Shown in pieces: positions 10,708 to 20,548 of a stretch of DNA of 64,000 bases. The stretch lies in NCBI GenBank assembly GCA_041690595.1, contig JAWLHB010000013.1, forward strand, positions 62,001 through 126,000, written 5' to 3'. A model generated the notes under the pieces. It made no database searches and was not told the DNA's origin. It worked only from the letters and a program-made list of their open reading frames with translations. Made by a program: the position numbers and the translations under genes. The DNA is from Lentisphaeria bacterium. Its GTDB lineage: Bacteria > Verrucomicrobiota > Lentisphaeria > JABSQK01 > JAWLHB01. How positions within the stretch are numbered: the stretch's first letter is position 1; each line of letters starts with the position of its first letter.

Positions 10708-11010
10708 TCACAGCCGCTTGCAGGAGAGCATGTCCGTATGCTCGAAATCGATCTTGCCAATGCGCAACTTGAGCGGGTCACGCCGGTTGAAGCGCCGCGG
10801 ATATTCCGCCAACTGCAACTTCCCCCGGATGTCGTGGTTGATTCCCGTTACCGTCACCACGACCTCCTCGTCCAGCAGGACCCGCCAAGTCTCTTTCACC
10901 CGTTGACGCAGCCGCCGCTGCTCCTTCTGCCAGTTCGCATAGCCGTTCTGGTTCCCATCCGCCTCGAAATCGAACTCAAATTGACTGGGTTCATCTGCTG
11001 GGATGCTCAT
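10708..11010 (-). CDS. Small hypothetical protein
   Basis: 100 aa with natural composition, GGAG RBS upstream, co-oriented with the downstream operon. Confidence 0.6.
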   Translation of the reverse strand: MSIPADEPSQFEFDFEADGNQNGYANWQKEQRRLRQRVKETWRVLLDEEVVVTVTGINHDIRGKLQLAEYPRRFNRRDPLKLRIGKIDFEHTDMLSCKRL

Positions 11011-11105
11011 CTCCCATGCCTCCGTTCCGGTTCACCCTATCAGTAACCCACCATCCGCCTCGATGCAACACGCAATCCCATCAATCACCACCGGCTTCGC
11101 TGAAT

Positions 11106-12239
11106 TCACCCGGCTCCTTCCTCTCGAGCCGCCAGCGCCATCTCCGCGAGAACCTTCGTCTGCGCCGCGGTCTTCAGCGGATCGGCAATCAGCACCGGCA
11201 CGAAGCGGGCTCCTCCCCGCGCCTCCGCGAACATTTCCTCCACACTCCGCCGCACCGTCGCCAGGTCGTCCATGGCGCCGAAGAGCTGCGTCAGCAGGGG
11301 AATCGTACTCTGGTTGTCGCGCAGGAGCCGCAGGCCATCCGCCACCGTCGCATCGCCCAGTGGCGGTGGCGTATGGAAGTGCACGCTGTCCATCGCCGTC
11401 TCCCGGTAAAGCGGCAGCAATCCCCGGATCAATCCGCAGGAATGGTGCAAGTAGAGCTTGCCCGCCGTATGCGCGATGGCCGCCCGAGCGTCCGTCACCG
11501 CCATGTTGCAGTGCGCAAACATGGTCGGTGAGATGGTCGTGGTGGAGGTATCGTCCATCGTCACCAGCGCGTCCACTTTCGCCGCCGCTGTCAGCTCGAA
11601 CTGCTGCCGATACCGGCTCTCCATCACCGCCAGCAGATCGTCCAGCGCAGCCGGCGCATCCACATGAAGGTACGCCAGCGTTTCGACGCTGCAGAAGGCC
11701 CGGTACATCATTCCCAGCGGTGTCCCCGGCAGAAAGCAGACCAGCACCCCGTCATCGCTGACCAGCTTGCGCCGCTCATCGATTGCCGCCAGCCGCGCCG
11801 CGTCGATCTCATACCGCTCATCCTCGAACAGTGCCGCCAATGCCGCCAGATCAGCCGGCCCCTTCACCAGATGCTCCAGCCTCGCACTGGTCCCCTGGCT
11901 CGGCTCCGACTGAATGACTTCGCGCAGTTCCCCCGCCGGCGTCTGCCAGCGTACCACGGTTCGCCCCGCTGCCGCCCCCGCTTCCGTGATCACCGTCACC
12001 TGTCGGCGATGGGTGCGAAATGGCGCGTCGACCCGATCCATTATCTCCAGCCCCAGCCAGCGGCTCATGCGCACCACAGCTTCCGGATGCAGCGCATGTC
12101 GATCACCGAGCTGCTCCGCCAGTTCCGCCGGCATTCCTTCCCGCGACGGCTGATTGTAGTTGTCGACCCAGGCCACGATCGGAGTCCACGCCACCGGATC
12201 GCCGCGCAAAGCGGCCAGCATGTTTTCCCGCGATGTCAT
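11106..12239 (-). CDS. URO-D/MtaA-like family protein
   Basis: MTSRENMLAALRG start typical of the family, DDTSTTTISP, HHSCG. Confidence 0.75.
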   Translation of the reverse strand: MTSRENMLAALRGDPVAWTPIVAWVDNYNQPSREGMPAELAEQLGDRHALHPEAVVRMSRWLGLEIMDRVDAPFRTHRRQVTVITEAGAAAGRTVVRWQTPAGELREVIQSEPSQGTSARLEHLVKGPADLAALAALFEDERYEIDAARLAAIDERRKLVSDDGVLVCFLPGTPLGMMYRAFCSVETLAYLHVDAPAALDDLLAVMESRYRQQFELTAAAKVDALVTMDDTSTTTISPTMFAHCNMAVTDARAAIAHTAGKLYLHHSCGLIRGLLPLYRETAMDSVHFHTPPPLGDATVADGLRLLRDNQSTIPLLTQLFGAMDDLATVRRSVEEMFAEARGGARFVPVLIADPLKTAAQTKVLAEMALAAREEGAG

Positions 12240-12281
12240 CCCCTGCCTCCCCTGATGGTTTGATGCCAAACCTGCTCCAGA

Positions 12282-13859
12282 TCACAGCTCGACAAGGTGC
12301 AATTCCTTCGGCTGCACCGCAAGCCGAAGGGTCTCCAGCACCGCCTCGGGGACCGGGTCGTCGACCGTCAGGGAAACGACGGCGTCGGCCCCCTTGACGA
12401 CGCGTCCTACATCCATGGCCGCGATGTTGATCCGGGCGTCACCCAGAATGGAGCCGAACTTGCCGACCATGCCCGGACGATCCTCGTAACGCATCACCAG
12501 AATTGTGCCGCTGGGCTTCAACTCGACGTCGAGATCGTCGATCTGGGTGATCCGCAACGTATCCTTGTCGAAGCAGGTGCCGCTCACCCGGCGGCAGCCA
12601 TCGCTCGTCTTCAGCTCGACGGTCAGTTCGTTGGTGAAGCGGCCCGTATGGCTGGTCCGCTGCTCGATCAGTTCGATGCCGCGGCTTTCCGCAATGTTGG
12701 CGGCATTGACAAGGTTCACCGGCGTGGAGACAATCTTGCGAAGCGCTCCGGCCAGCGCGCAGACTGCCAGCGCCCGCGTATTCGCCTCCGCCAGCTTCCC
12801 TTGACAGTGAACCGTGATGGTCGAGATGGGTCGGCGGTCCGCAAGCTGAATGGCCAGAGCCCCCAGCCGCTCCGCCAGATCGCCATAACTGGCCAGATCG
12901 GGATCCAGGTGCACCTTCAGATTGACCGCGTTCTGGATCTGCCCCTTGTCGAAGAAGGCAATGAACTGCTTCGCAATTGCCTCGGCGACCTTTGTCTGCG
13001 CCTCTTCCGTCGATGCACCCAGGTGCGGCGTCAGAATGAGGTGAGGCGCCTGCAAAAGCGCGCTGTCCATCTTCAGCGGCTCGCTGTCGAAAACATCCAG
13101 CGCCGCCCCGGCGATCGTGCCCGCCGTCAGGGCCTGCGCCAGCGCGGCCTCGTCCACAATCCCCCCACGCGCCACGTTGACCAGGCGGGCCGTGCGCTTC
13201 ATCTTGCCGAGCGCCCCGGCATCGATCAGGTTCACCGTCTCCGGTGTGCGGGGAACATGAAGCGTGATCACGTCGCTGCGCCGCAGAAGGTCGTCCAGCG
13301 TCACCAGTTCCACATCGATCTCCCGAGCCCGTTGTTCGCTGATGTAAGGATCGAAGCCCAGCAGCGTCATGCCCATGGCACGACACACGCGTGCGACATG
13401 CTGCCCGATCTTGCCCAGTCCCACCACGCCCAGCACCTTGCCCTCCAGCTCGATACCGGTGTGCGCCTTGCGGTTCCAGGTGCCCTGACTCATCTCGCGA
13501 CTGGCCGCGGGCAGATCCCGCGCCATCGCCAGAATCATCGCCAGCGTATGCTCGGCAGCGGAAACGATGTTGCCCAGCGGCGCGTTCATCACGATGATGC
13601 CCTGCTCCGTCGCCGCCGCCAGATCGATGTTGTCCACGCCGACACCCGCGCGCCCGATCACCTTCAGCCGGATCCCAGCTTCGATGATGGCTGGCGTTAC
13701 CGTGGTCGCGGAGCGGACGATCAGCGCGTCATACTCGCCAATATCCGCCACGATCGATTGCTCGTCTCGCCCCGGCTTGATGTCAACCGCATAGCCGGCA
13801 TCCTGAAGCAGGCGGGTCGCTTCGTCCGATAATTGATCGGCGATCAACACTCGTGGCAT
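12282..13859 (-). CDS. serA: D-3-phosphoglycerate dehydrogenase with ASB and ACT domains
   Basis: GRAGVGVDNID, GLGKIG, NVARGG, TPHLGASTEEAQ, C-terminal DRPGMVG..NIA ACT domain. Start 13859 follows a GAGGA RBS. Confidence 0.93.
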   Translation of the reverse strand: MPRVLIADQLSDEATRLLQDAGYAVDIKPGRDEQSIVADIGEYDALIVRSATTVTPAIIEAGIRLKVIGRAGVGVDNIDLAAATEQGIIVMNAPLGNIVSAAEHTLAMILAMARDLPAASREMSQGTWNRKAHTGIELEGKVLGVVGLGKIGQHVARVCRAMGMTLLGFDPYISEQRAREIDVELVTLDDLLRRSDVITLHVPRTPETVNLIDAGALGKMKRTARLVNVARGGIVDEAALAQALTAGTIAGAALDVFDSEPLKMDSALLQAPHLILTPHLGASTEEAQTKVAEAIAKQFIAFFDKGQIQNAVNLKVHLDPDLASYGDLAERLGALAIQLADRRPISTITVHCQGKLAEANTRALAVCALAGALRKIVSTPVNLVNAANIAESRGIELIEQRTSHTGRFTNELTVELKTSDGCRRVSGTCFDKDTLRITQIDDLDVELKPSGTILVMRYEDRPGMVGKFGSILGDARINIAAMDVGRVVKGADAVVSLTVDDPVPEAVLETLRLAVQPKELHLVEL

Positions 13860-13923
13860 GGATATTTCCTCGTATGAAAAACGTTTACAGTAGAAAATGT
13901 ACCTGAAAATGGCGAGGCAGCAG

Positions 13924-13951
13924 TTGCAAGCGCCCACTGCATCAGTATAAT
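13924..13951 (+). promoter_or_regulatory. Putative sigma70 promoter
   Basis: TTGCAA-16 bp-TATAAT upstream of the CDS at 14020. Confidence 0.5.
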
Positions 13952-14019
13952 GGGACGCCAATCAATATCAATGGCAAGCGCGCCACGAAGCGGCCTTGCA
14001 CATCGGGGGGAATATCGTC

Positions 14020-15084
14020 ATGGGGAGTGATGTGAATCTTACGCCATATCTGGAAGAACTCGAGGCGCGTATCGATCCTGCCGTCGAGGACGATCTCCGG
14101 CAGCAGTGGCTCACCTTCCTGGAAGGGCGCGGCACCGACCCCATCTTCACGCCGGCGCGCCAACGGAAAGCCCCTGCCACGCTCGCCTGGCCCTCCATCA
14201 CCGTCAACCAGGCGATGGCCGATCAGCGGGCCATGGCCCTGCAGCAGCTTCGCGGCCTCTCCGACACCCTGGAAGCCGGCAGCGGCCAGATGCTCTGCGT
14301 CCGCTGCAACTATGGCGTGGGCATTCTGCCGACACTCTTCGGCGCCCGTCTCTTCATGATGGAAGACGAGCAGAACTGTCTGCCCAACGTCTGGCCGCTC
14401 GATGGCGGTATCGCGGGAATCCGCCGTGCGCTCGAAGCCGGCGTTCCGGGCTTTCGCCAGGGACTCGGCGAAAAAGTCCTCACCATGGGCGCCTTCTTCA
14501 ATGAGCTGATCGCCCCCTATCCCAATCTTCGGCGCCACCTCCACATCTACCATCCCGACCTCCAGGGACCGATGGATATCTGCGAGCTGCTCTGGGGCAG
14601 TTCCATCTTCACCGACATGATCGACCAGCCCGAGACCGTTCATGCCATGCTCGCCCTCATCGTCGAGACCTATACCCGCTTCCTGCGCGAATGGCTCCGC
14701 ATCGTCCCCCCGTTGAGTGGCGCCCACGACGCCCATTGGGGACTCTACCACAAGGGACACATCATGCTGCGCGACGACTCCGCCATGAACCTGTCGCCCC
14801 CCATGTTCCGCGAGTTCATCTTCCCCTACGATCAGCAGCTCATCACCGCCTTCGGCGGCGGCTGCGTGCATTTCTGCGGACGCGGCAGCCACTACATCGC
14901 CATCCTCTCCACCATGCAGGGCCTCAACGGCATCAACATGTCACAGCCCGACTACAACGACATGGAAGCCATCTACACCCATACCGTCGACAAGGGCATC
15001 CCCCTTCTCGGCTTCAACCGCCAGTTCGCCCAAACCGCCCTTGCCGCCGGCCGCGATCTCAACCACCTCGTCCACTGCTGGTAA
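14020..15084 (+). CDS. URO-D-like hypothetical protein
   Basis: PDLQGPMDI, DDSAMNLSPPMFREF, HFCG motifs resemble URO-D/methyltransferase barrels. Confidence 0.65.
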   Translation: MGSDVNLTPYLEELEARIDPAVEDDLRQQWLTFLEGRGTDPIFTPARQRKAPATLAWPSITVNQAMADQRAMALQQLRGLSDTLEAGSGQMLCVRCNYGVGILPTLFGARLFMMEDEQNCLPNVWPLDGGIAGIRRALEAGVPGFRQGLGEKVLTMGAFFNELIAPYPNLRRHLHIYHPDLQGPMDICELLWGSSIFTDMIDQPETVHAMLALIVETYTRFLREWLRIVPPLSGAHDAHWGLYHKGHIMLRDDSAMNLSPPMFREFIFPYDQQLITAFGGGCVHFCGRGSHYIAILSTMQGLNGINMSQPDYNDMEAIYTHTVDKGIPLLGFNRQFAQTALAAGRDLNHLVHCW

Positions 15085-15131
15085 GCCGTGTGAGCCCACT
15101 GTGGCAGGGACAGTAGAGGCTGTCGAGGTGA

Positions 15132-15175
15132 TCGGATCTGTCGGATCTGTCGGATCTGTCGGATCTTCTGATCTG
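15132..15175. repeat. 9-bp tandem repeat (TCGGATCTG) x ~4-5
   Basis: Three perfect copies at 15132-15158 plus degenerate copies, between convergent genes. Confidence 0.9.
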
Positions 15176-15198
15176 TCGAGCGGGAACCACCTCAGCGG

Positions 15199-15912
15199 TC
15201 AAGCCTGAACAGCTGCCGCCAGGTGACGCATTTCCGCATCGACATCCGCCGCATCCGGCAGCGTCTGTAAGATCTCCTGGCGGTAGATCTCGCGGAAATG
15301 CTTCCGCAGACGATGCACCGCCACCCGCGCCGCGCCTTCGCTGATCGCGAGTTTACTGGCCAACTTTCCGTAATTCACCATGCCGCGAGAGGCCAGCAGA
15401 CACGGCTTCAGTGCCTCGAAGTCTGCTTCCTTTCCCGCGTACTCCGTGGATACCTGTTCAAGCGTCAGTTCCAGAAGCGTCATCGCCCACTGCCGGTCAA
15501 ACGCCCGCTCCGCATCCTCCGCTCCCGGATCAGCCGCGAACTTGCTCTCCGCCAGCTCCGCGTCGATGGGAATGTGCGGCACCTTACCGCCGCGACGGGT
15601 GGCTTGTTGCCGGCGGCGATCATTCTGCATGTACCGCTTCAGCGCCACGATCAGAAAGGTTCGTAGCCGCCCCTTCTCCTGGTCCACATCATCGAGCCAT
15701 TCCTTCGCCAGCAACTGCTCGAAAAAGCCCTGAGTGATGTCCTGTGCATCGTGCGCCGACCGCCCGCACCGCCGGGCGTAGCCGTAGAGTGGATACCAAT
15801 ACATCCGGCAGATCGTCTCCAACGCCGCGGCCGCCTCAGCCGATGCACCTTTTTCCTGCGCTACCAGCACCACCGACCACCGCGTCGGCGGAAATTCCCG
15901 ATACGCCGTCAT
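15199..15912 (-). CDS. ECF-type RNA polymerase sigma factor (kinase-associated)
   Basis: FPPTRWSVV N-terminus, YWYPLY, DAQDITQGFF region 2, and region-4 HTH (SEGAARVAVHRLRK). ATGA overlap with the kinase stop. Confidence 0.85.
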   Translation of the reverse strand: MTAYREFPPTRWSVVLVAQEKGASAEAAAALETICRMYWYPLYGYARRCGRSAHDAQDITQGFFEQLLAKEWLDDVDQEKGRLRTFLIVALKRYMQNDRRRQQATRRGGKVPHIPIDAELAESKFAADPGAEDAERAFDRQWAMTLLELTLEQVSTEYAGKEADFEALKPCLLASRGMVNYGKLASKLAISEGAARVAVHRLRKHFREIYRQEILQTLPDAADVDAEMRHLAAAVQA

Positions 15913-18116
15913 GTCGCCACCATCCCCTGCAATCTCAGCCGCCGTCGCGCAAAGAAATAGACGATCGCGCCGATCACGTACGTGAGGATAATGATCAGAA
16001 TCCAGACGATCTTGTCGTTGCCCGCTGGCTCGTGCAGAGCACAATCCACCAGCATCCACAACCAGAACGCGAAGGCGCCGGCCGTGATCAGCAGCAACGG
16101 TATGATCAAAAGCAGACCGATGAATGATCGACTGGCGAGGACCACCTCTCGAGTTTGCACCGCCCGTACACGCTCATCATGATAACGTTCCAGCGCCTGG
16201 GGATCATCCGCCAGTGGTACCGCCGTCGCTGGTGGATCCACTTGCTCGGCGGTGGAATAGGCGACCGAGGTTTGAATGGCAAACTGCCTGAGGGGGAGAT
16301 AAATGCCAAATGCGGTTGCCAGGATGATGACACCGATGATGATCACGACCAGCAGTGACCAGATTCTCCCCGCCAGTCTGCCGGCATGCCGGGCAAGCAG
16401 GTAGATGATTACCGCATCTATCAGGATCAGCAGCGGCGCCAGCACGAAACCGACGTGGTCTATCCAGTTGATAAACCCTAGTGCAAGCTTGAACAAATGC
16501 GGCATCGGCTCGTCCGCGAACCCCATGTCCCGTATCATGCGCGAAATGCGCGGCAGGAAGAAAACACACAGCTGCCAGACTGCCAGAATCAAAGCAGCAT
16601 GCCAGGCGGTGCTCATGATGGCACGAGACAACACGCTGTCCCCCTTGGCCTTTTTGTCGGAACTACCTTTGATGGTACGCCACACGCCGCGGACGATCAG
16701 CACATCCACGACCAGCGAAACAAGAACGGCCAACAACACCACGCGCTCCATGCGTGGGGCGGCGAACTTACCGGGATGCAGCGCATTGGCAATCCCATCG
16801 ATCACGACGTAGATCAACCAGCCGAAGAGCCCGTTCAGCGCCAGAAGCGGGTACACCAGCCCATCGTACACCGCCAGACCGAGTCCGTAAAGGCGCCCCT
16901 GCGATCGGCGAATCTGTGACACAGCGACCCAGCCGAGGATGGTCGTGCCGAACGGGGCACCCAGGCCAAGTGGCAGCAGGATGAACCGCGCTGCAAGTTG
17001 GAGCCAGTGTGGCGAGGGAGGATGGCCGTCAACGACCTTAACCGGAACCTGGACGAAAAGCATCAAGACAACCAGGAGAAACAACCCACTCCAGACGGCT
17101 CCGATAATAGCCAGAGTTGAGATTCTTCCTGGCACGGAGTCCTCCAGCTGCGACGTTGCGGCTGGCGGTGGCGGTGTTGCCATCGTCTCCACCATGGTCT
17201 TGAACTCGGCGGCGGTCTGGTAGCGGCGTTCGGGGTGGACGTCAAGGGCGCGGAGGACAATGGCATCGAGGCGGACATCCACTTCGATCCGTTTCGACAG
17301 TGAGGCGATCTCCCCTTTGGGCAGCTCGCCGGTGAGCATTTCGTAAAGGACGACGCCAAGGGAATAGATGTCGGCGCGATGGTCGACCTCGGCGGCGTCA
17401 GCCTGTTCGGGCGCCATGTAATCTGGCGTGCCGAGGTGGGTGCCTGGCAGGGTATGGGAGGCGCCGGTGGCGCCGCGCACGGTTGCCGGCTCGGGCTTGT
17501 CGATCATGCGGGCAATGCCGAAGTCAGCGATCTTGACCGTGCCGTTCTGGTCGATGAGCAGGTTCTCCGGCTTGATGTCACGGTGGACGATGCCGTGGTC
17601 ATGTGCCGCTTGCAAAGCGTCGCAGATCGGCGGAACGATGGCGAGAGCCTCTTTCGGCGCCAGCTTGCCCCCGGCCTGCAGCTGCCGAAGATTGACCCCA
17701 TCAACGTACTCCATGAGCAGGTAGAAATAGCCGCCAGCCGTCCCGGAGTCGTGCACGGTGACAATGTTCGGATGATTCAGCTTGGCCAGCGCCCGCGCCT
17801 CGCGGCGAAATCGCTCGGCAAACGATTCGTCCGTGACCAGTTCCGGAGCCAGAATCTTCAGCGCAACAAGCCGGTCGAGCTGCGGCTGCCGCGCCTTGTA
17901 GACGACGCCCATGCCGCCGCGCCCAAGGCACTCGATCAGCTCGAGCTGCGGGAAATGCGGCGCCAGCTCGTCGATAGACGGCGGCGGTTCAGTTCGGGTG
18001 TCGCCCGTGTCGTTCAGGTTCATCGCCATCAGGCACGACGGGCAGAGCCCTTTTGGCGCATCCCCCGGCAACGCCATCCCGCATTGCGGGCAAATCGCGG
18101 AATTGTCTGTGGTCAT
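15909..18116 (-). CDS. Membrane Ser/Thr protein kinase with N-terminal Zn-ribbon and multi-TM C-terminus
   Basis: CPQC..CPSC, GRGGMG, VALK, HRDIKPEN, DFG, YMAPE, about 8-9 hydrophobic helices, PLDc_N-like tail (KIVWILII..VIGAIVYFF). Confidence 0.9.
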   Translation of the reverse strand: MTTDNSAICPQCGMALPGDAPKGLCPSCLMAMNLNDTGDTRTEPPPSIDELAPHFPQLELIECLGRGGMGVVYKARQPQLDRLVALKILAPELVTDESFAERFRREARALAKLNHPNIVTVHDSGTAGGYFYLLMEYVDGVNLRQLQAGGKLAPKEALAIVPPICDALQAAHDHGIVHRDIKPENLLIDQNGTVKIADFGIARMIDKPEPATVRGATGASHTLPGTHLGTPDYMAPEQADAAEVDHRADIYSLGVVLYEMLTGELPKGEIASLSKRIEVDVRLDAIVLRALDVHPERRYQTAAEFKTMVETMATPPPPAATSQLEDSVPGRISTLAIIGAVWSGLFLLVVLMLFVQVPVKVVDGHPPSPHWLQLAARFILLPLGLGAPFGTTILGWVAVSQIRRSQGRLYGLGLAVYDGLVYPLLALNGLFGWLIYVVIDGIANALHPGKFAAPRMERVVLLAVLVSLVVDVLIVRGVWRTIKGSSDKKAKGDSVLSRAIMSTAWHAALILAVWQLCVFFLPRISRMIRDMGFADEPMPHLFKLALGFINWIDHVGFVLAPLLILIDAVIIYLLARHAGRLAGRIWSLLVVIIIGVIILATAFGIYLPLRQFAIQTSVAYSTAEQVDPPATAVPLADDPQALERYHDERVRAVQTREVVLASRSFIGLLLIIPLLLITAGAFAFWLWMLVDCALHEPAGNDKIVWILIIILTYVIGAIVYFFARRRLRLQGMVAT

Positions 18117-18207
18117 GTACTCCCCCAGTATCAACGGTTAGCATAAGTGGAGAATCCGACTTCTACCACCACATTACCGAAAATGCCGCCGTTGTTACAG
18201 GCTGCGT

Positions 18208-18249
18208 CCTGTCAGACCCGTCAGACCGCGTCCCCGTGTCACCGCGTCA
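18208..18249. repeat. Short-period intergenic repeat element (GTCAGACC and CCGCGTC/CCGTGTC units)
   Basis: Its reverse complement shares GGGGACGCGG..TCTGACAGG and TGACGCGG units with 58899-59030. Confidence 0.65.
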
Positions 18250-18984
18250 TCCCTTCCCGCCGGCGAGGTGGAGGATGACCTCGTTGGCGATGCAGAGGCC
18301 GAAGATGCCGGTGAGGGTGGGCAGGCTCGGCAGGGGGATCTTGGGCTGACCGGAATCGCGATCGGGCTGGTCGGGCTCCTGGAACTCCGCGAGGGGGGGC
18401 ACTGGTTCGAGCGAATAGACGCAACGGATGCCGCGCTGGATCCCGCGCTGCCGCAGCAGCTTGCGCACCTGCTTGGCAAGGGGGCACTGTCGCGACTCGC
18501 TGATATCGTCGATGCGCAACTGGGTGGGATCGCAGCGCCGTGCGGCGCCCATGCTGGAGACAATATGCGGCACACCCGCGTCCACCGCCGCCTGCAGCAG
18601 CGCCGCTTTCGGACGCAGGCTGTCGATCGCATCGACCAGCACATCCGGCAGAGGATCCAGAACGTGACCGACCGTGTCGGCGTGCACGAAGAGGGTCTCG
18701 GCCGTGACGTTACACTCCGGATTGATATCCAGAACCCGCGCCCAAGCCAGCTCGGACTTTGGCTGACCAATCGTCGAATGGAGGGCGTAGAGCTGGCGGT
18801 TGAGGTTGCTGGCCTGCACCGTATCGAAGTCGAAGAGGCGCAACCGTCCCACCCCGGATCTCGCCAGAGCCTCCGTCGCGTAGGAGCCGACCGCGCCGAG
18901 GCCGACAACCGTGACGGTCGCCGCTTGGAGACGCTGCAGTCCTTCTTCGCCCAGCATCAGTTGTATACGGGCAAACTGGTTCAT
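18247..18984 (-). CDS. tcdA: tRNA threonylcarbamoyladenosine dehydratase (ThiF family)
   Basis: GLGAVGS, DFD.V..SNLNRQ, DAIDS, SSMGA, CPLA..VRK.LR, CVYS.E. Start 18984. Confidence 0.85.
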   Translation of the reverse strand: MNQFARIQLMLGEEGLQRLQAATVTVVGLGAVGSYATEALARSGVGRLRLFDFDTVQASNLNRQLYALHSTIGQPKSELAWARVLDINPECNVTAETLFVHADTVGHVLDPLPDVLVDAIDSLRPKAALLQAAVDAGVPHIVSSMGAARRCDPTQLRIDDISESRQCPLAKQVRKLLRQRGIQRGIRCVYSLEPVPPLAEFQEPDQPDRDSGQPKIPLPSLPTLTGIFGLCIANEVILHLAGGKG

Positions 18985-19766
18985 CCGTCCTTCTCCATGT
19001 TCTCGAACAATCGGGTGGCATTCGCAAAAGTGAGGTGCGCCAGCGCCTCCTGATCCATCTCGAGCAGCTCGGCGGCGCGCGCCAGCGTGTGCACCATCAG
19101 GGCAGGCTCGTTCACGTCGACGGGAGGCTGGCCGGGACGATGCGGCGCCAGATCCGGCGCATCCGACTCCAGCAACAGCCGCTCCTTCGGCACCGCCAGC
19201 AGCGCCGCGGGTCCACGCTTGTTGCCGGGACGGGTAAGGCTGCCGGAAAAGGAAAACCAGCCATTGAGGGAGGCAAAGCGCGGCACCATCTCGGCGCTGC
19301 CGCCGTAGCTGTGCAGGACAAAGCCGACTGGATGCGCTCCCTCGGCTTCGATCAACTCCATCAGCCGTCCAGCGGCACCGCGACAGTGGATGCTGACGGT
19401 CAGCCGACGCTCGACGCTCAACCGCCACTGCGCGAGAAAAAGCTCCTCCTGGAGCTCGCGATCCGCATCGGCCAGGGCAAAATCCAGCCCGATCTCGCCG
19501 ATTGCCACCGCCCCCGCGCCGACGGCCTCCTTCAGCTTCGCCAGCCAGTCGCTGCCGCGCTCGCGCACATACCACGGATGCAGCCCCAGCGAGATGCGCA
19601 CCCCTTCGCGTTGTGCCAGCCGCACGGTCGCTTCCCAGTCCGACTCCATGCTCCCGCAACACATGAAGCGCTCGACGCCCGCCTCCCGGGCGCGCGCCAG
19701 AGCGTCATCGAGCGTCGCCTCCAGGCGCTCATCCTGCAGATGGCAATGGGCATCGTAGAGCTTCAT
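18981..19766 (-). CDS. tatD: TatD family hydrolase
   Basis: DAHCH, GLHPW, GEIGLD, IHCR, LHSY, ESDAPD. Start 19766. Confidence 0.9.
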   Translation of the reverse strand: MKLYDAHCHLQDERLEATLDDALARAREAGVERFMCCGSMESDWEATVRLAQREGVRISLGLHPWYVRERGSDWLAKLKEAVGAGAVAIGEIGLDFALADADRELQEELFLAQWRLSVERRLTVSIHCRGAAGRLMELIEAEGAHPVGFVLHSYGGSAEMVPRFASLNGWFSFSGSLTRPGNKRGPAALLAVPKERLLLESDAPDLAPHRPGQPPVDVNEPALMVHTLARAAELLEMDQEALAHLTFANATRLFENMEKDG

Positions 19767-20395
19767 CGTCCGGGGCGGCGCGTCTTGGCCGCGACGTTGC
19801 GGTGGTACTCCGTCGGCTTGACGGCGGCCAGGGCGGCAATGGTCACGCCTTCCCAGCCGGGGAGCATGAGGAAGTGGCGCAGCAGAACCGCGCAGCCCAC
19901 CGCGTCGAAGAAGGCATCGTGGGGGAGCAGGTTCGGACAAAGCTCACAGACCCGGTGCATGAGGCGAAGATGGTCCAGCAGATCTTCGAGAGAATGGCTC
20001 TGAAGATTGGGGTAGACATGTCGCGCCAACTGGAGCGTGTCGATCCACGGCCCCACGTGGTGCATGGGCGCCACCTGGCTGATGAAGCCGCGCTCGGTGG
20101 CCGTATTGTGCGCGACCAACGGCCGCCCCACCCACCATTGCTGCATCTCACTCCACAGCTCGCGCAATGTCGGCGCCACCGCCAGTTCCGCCCGCAACTG
20201 ATGATGCATGCCAGGTGCATAAAGATTGAAGGGCCGATCACCCACCCGCAACAGGCTGTTGAACTGACGCGCGATGACCACCTGGCCCCCCACCAGCTTT
20301 ACCATGCCGATCTGCCACGGCTCGTTCGGGTGACCTTCCACCACTCCGGTCGACTCGAAGTCGATTGCCACTATTTCCGTTTCTCGCGCCAGCAT
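19763..20395 (-). CDS. DEDDh 3'-5' exonuclease (DnaQ-like)
   Basis: DFESTG, VAHN, IDTL, HDA..DA motifs. Confidence 0.85.
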   Translation of the reverse strand: MLARETEIVAIDFESTGVVEGHPNEPWQIGMVKLVGGQVVIARQFNSLLRVGDRPFNLYAPGMHHQLRAELAVAPTLRELWSEMQQWWVGRPLVAHNTATERGFISQVAPMHHVGPWIDTLQLARHVYPNLQSHSLEDLLDHLRLMHRVCELCPNLLPHDAFFDAVGCAVLLRHFLMLPGWEGVTIAALAAVKPTEYHRNVAAKTRRPGR

Positions 20396-20481
20396 CGCAT
20401 TCCTCCTGCCTTGAAACCTACTCCATTATGCGCCGATCGCAACCGCCTCTCAACCAGAACAAAAAAGCCATACACCGCCCC

Positions 20482-20510
20482 TTGACTTCGGAACCGGCCA
20501 TTGGTATAAT
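20482..20510 (+). promoter_or_regulatory. Near-consensus sigma70 promoter of GntR-SBP locus 1
   Basis: TTGACT-17 bp-TATAAT with an extended -10 TG. Confidence 0.75.
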
Positions 20511-20548
20511 GGTACGAGATCAATCAACCAATAAGGAAGCCTGCGCTC

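Noticed and set aside
13875..13889. LacI/PurR-like operator AAACGTTT upstream of serA
   Set aside because: Only an 8-bp symmetric core with non-matching flanks; too weak to call.
15132..15175. Tandem repeats as a possible CRISPR array (also 58778-59038)
   Set aside because: Units are 8-9 bp without unique spacers, and there are no cas genes.
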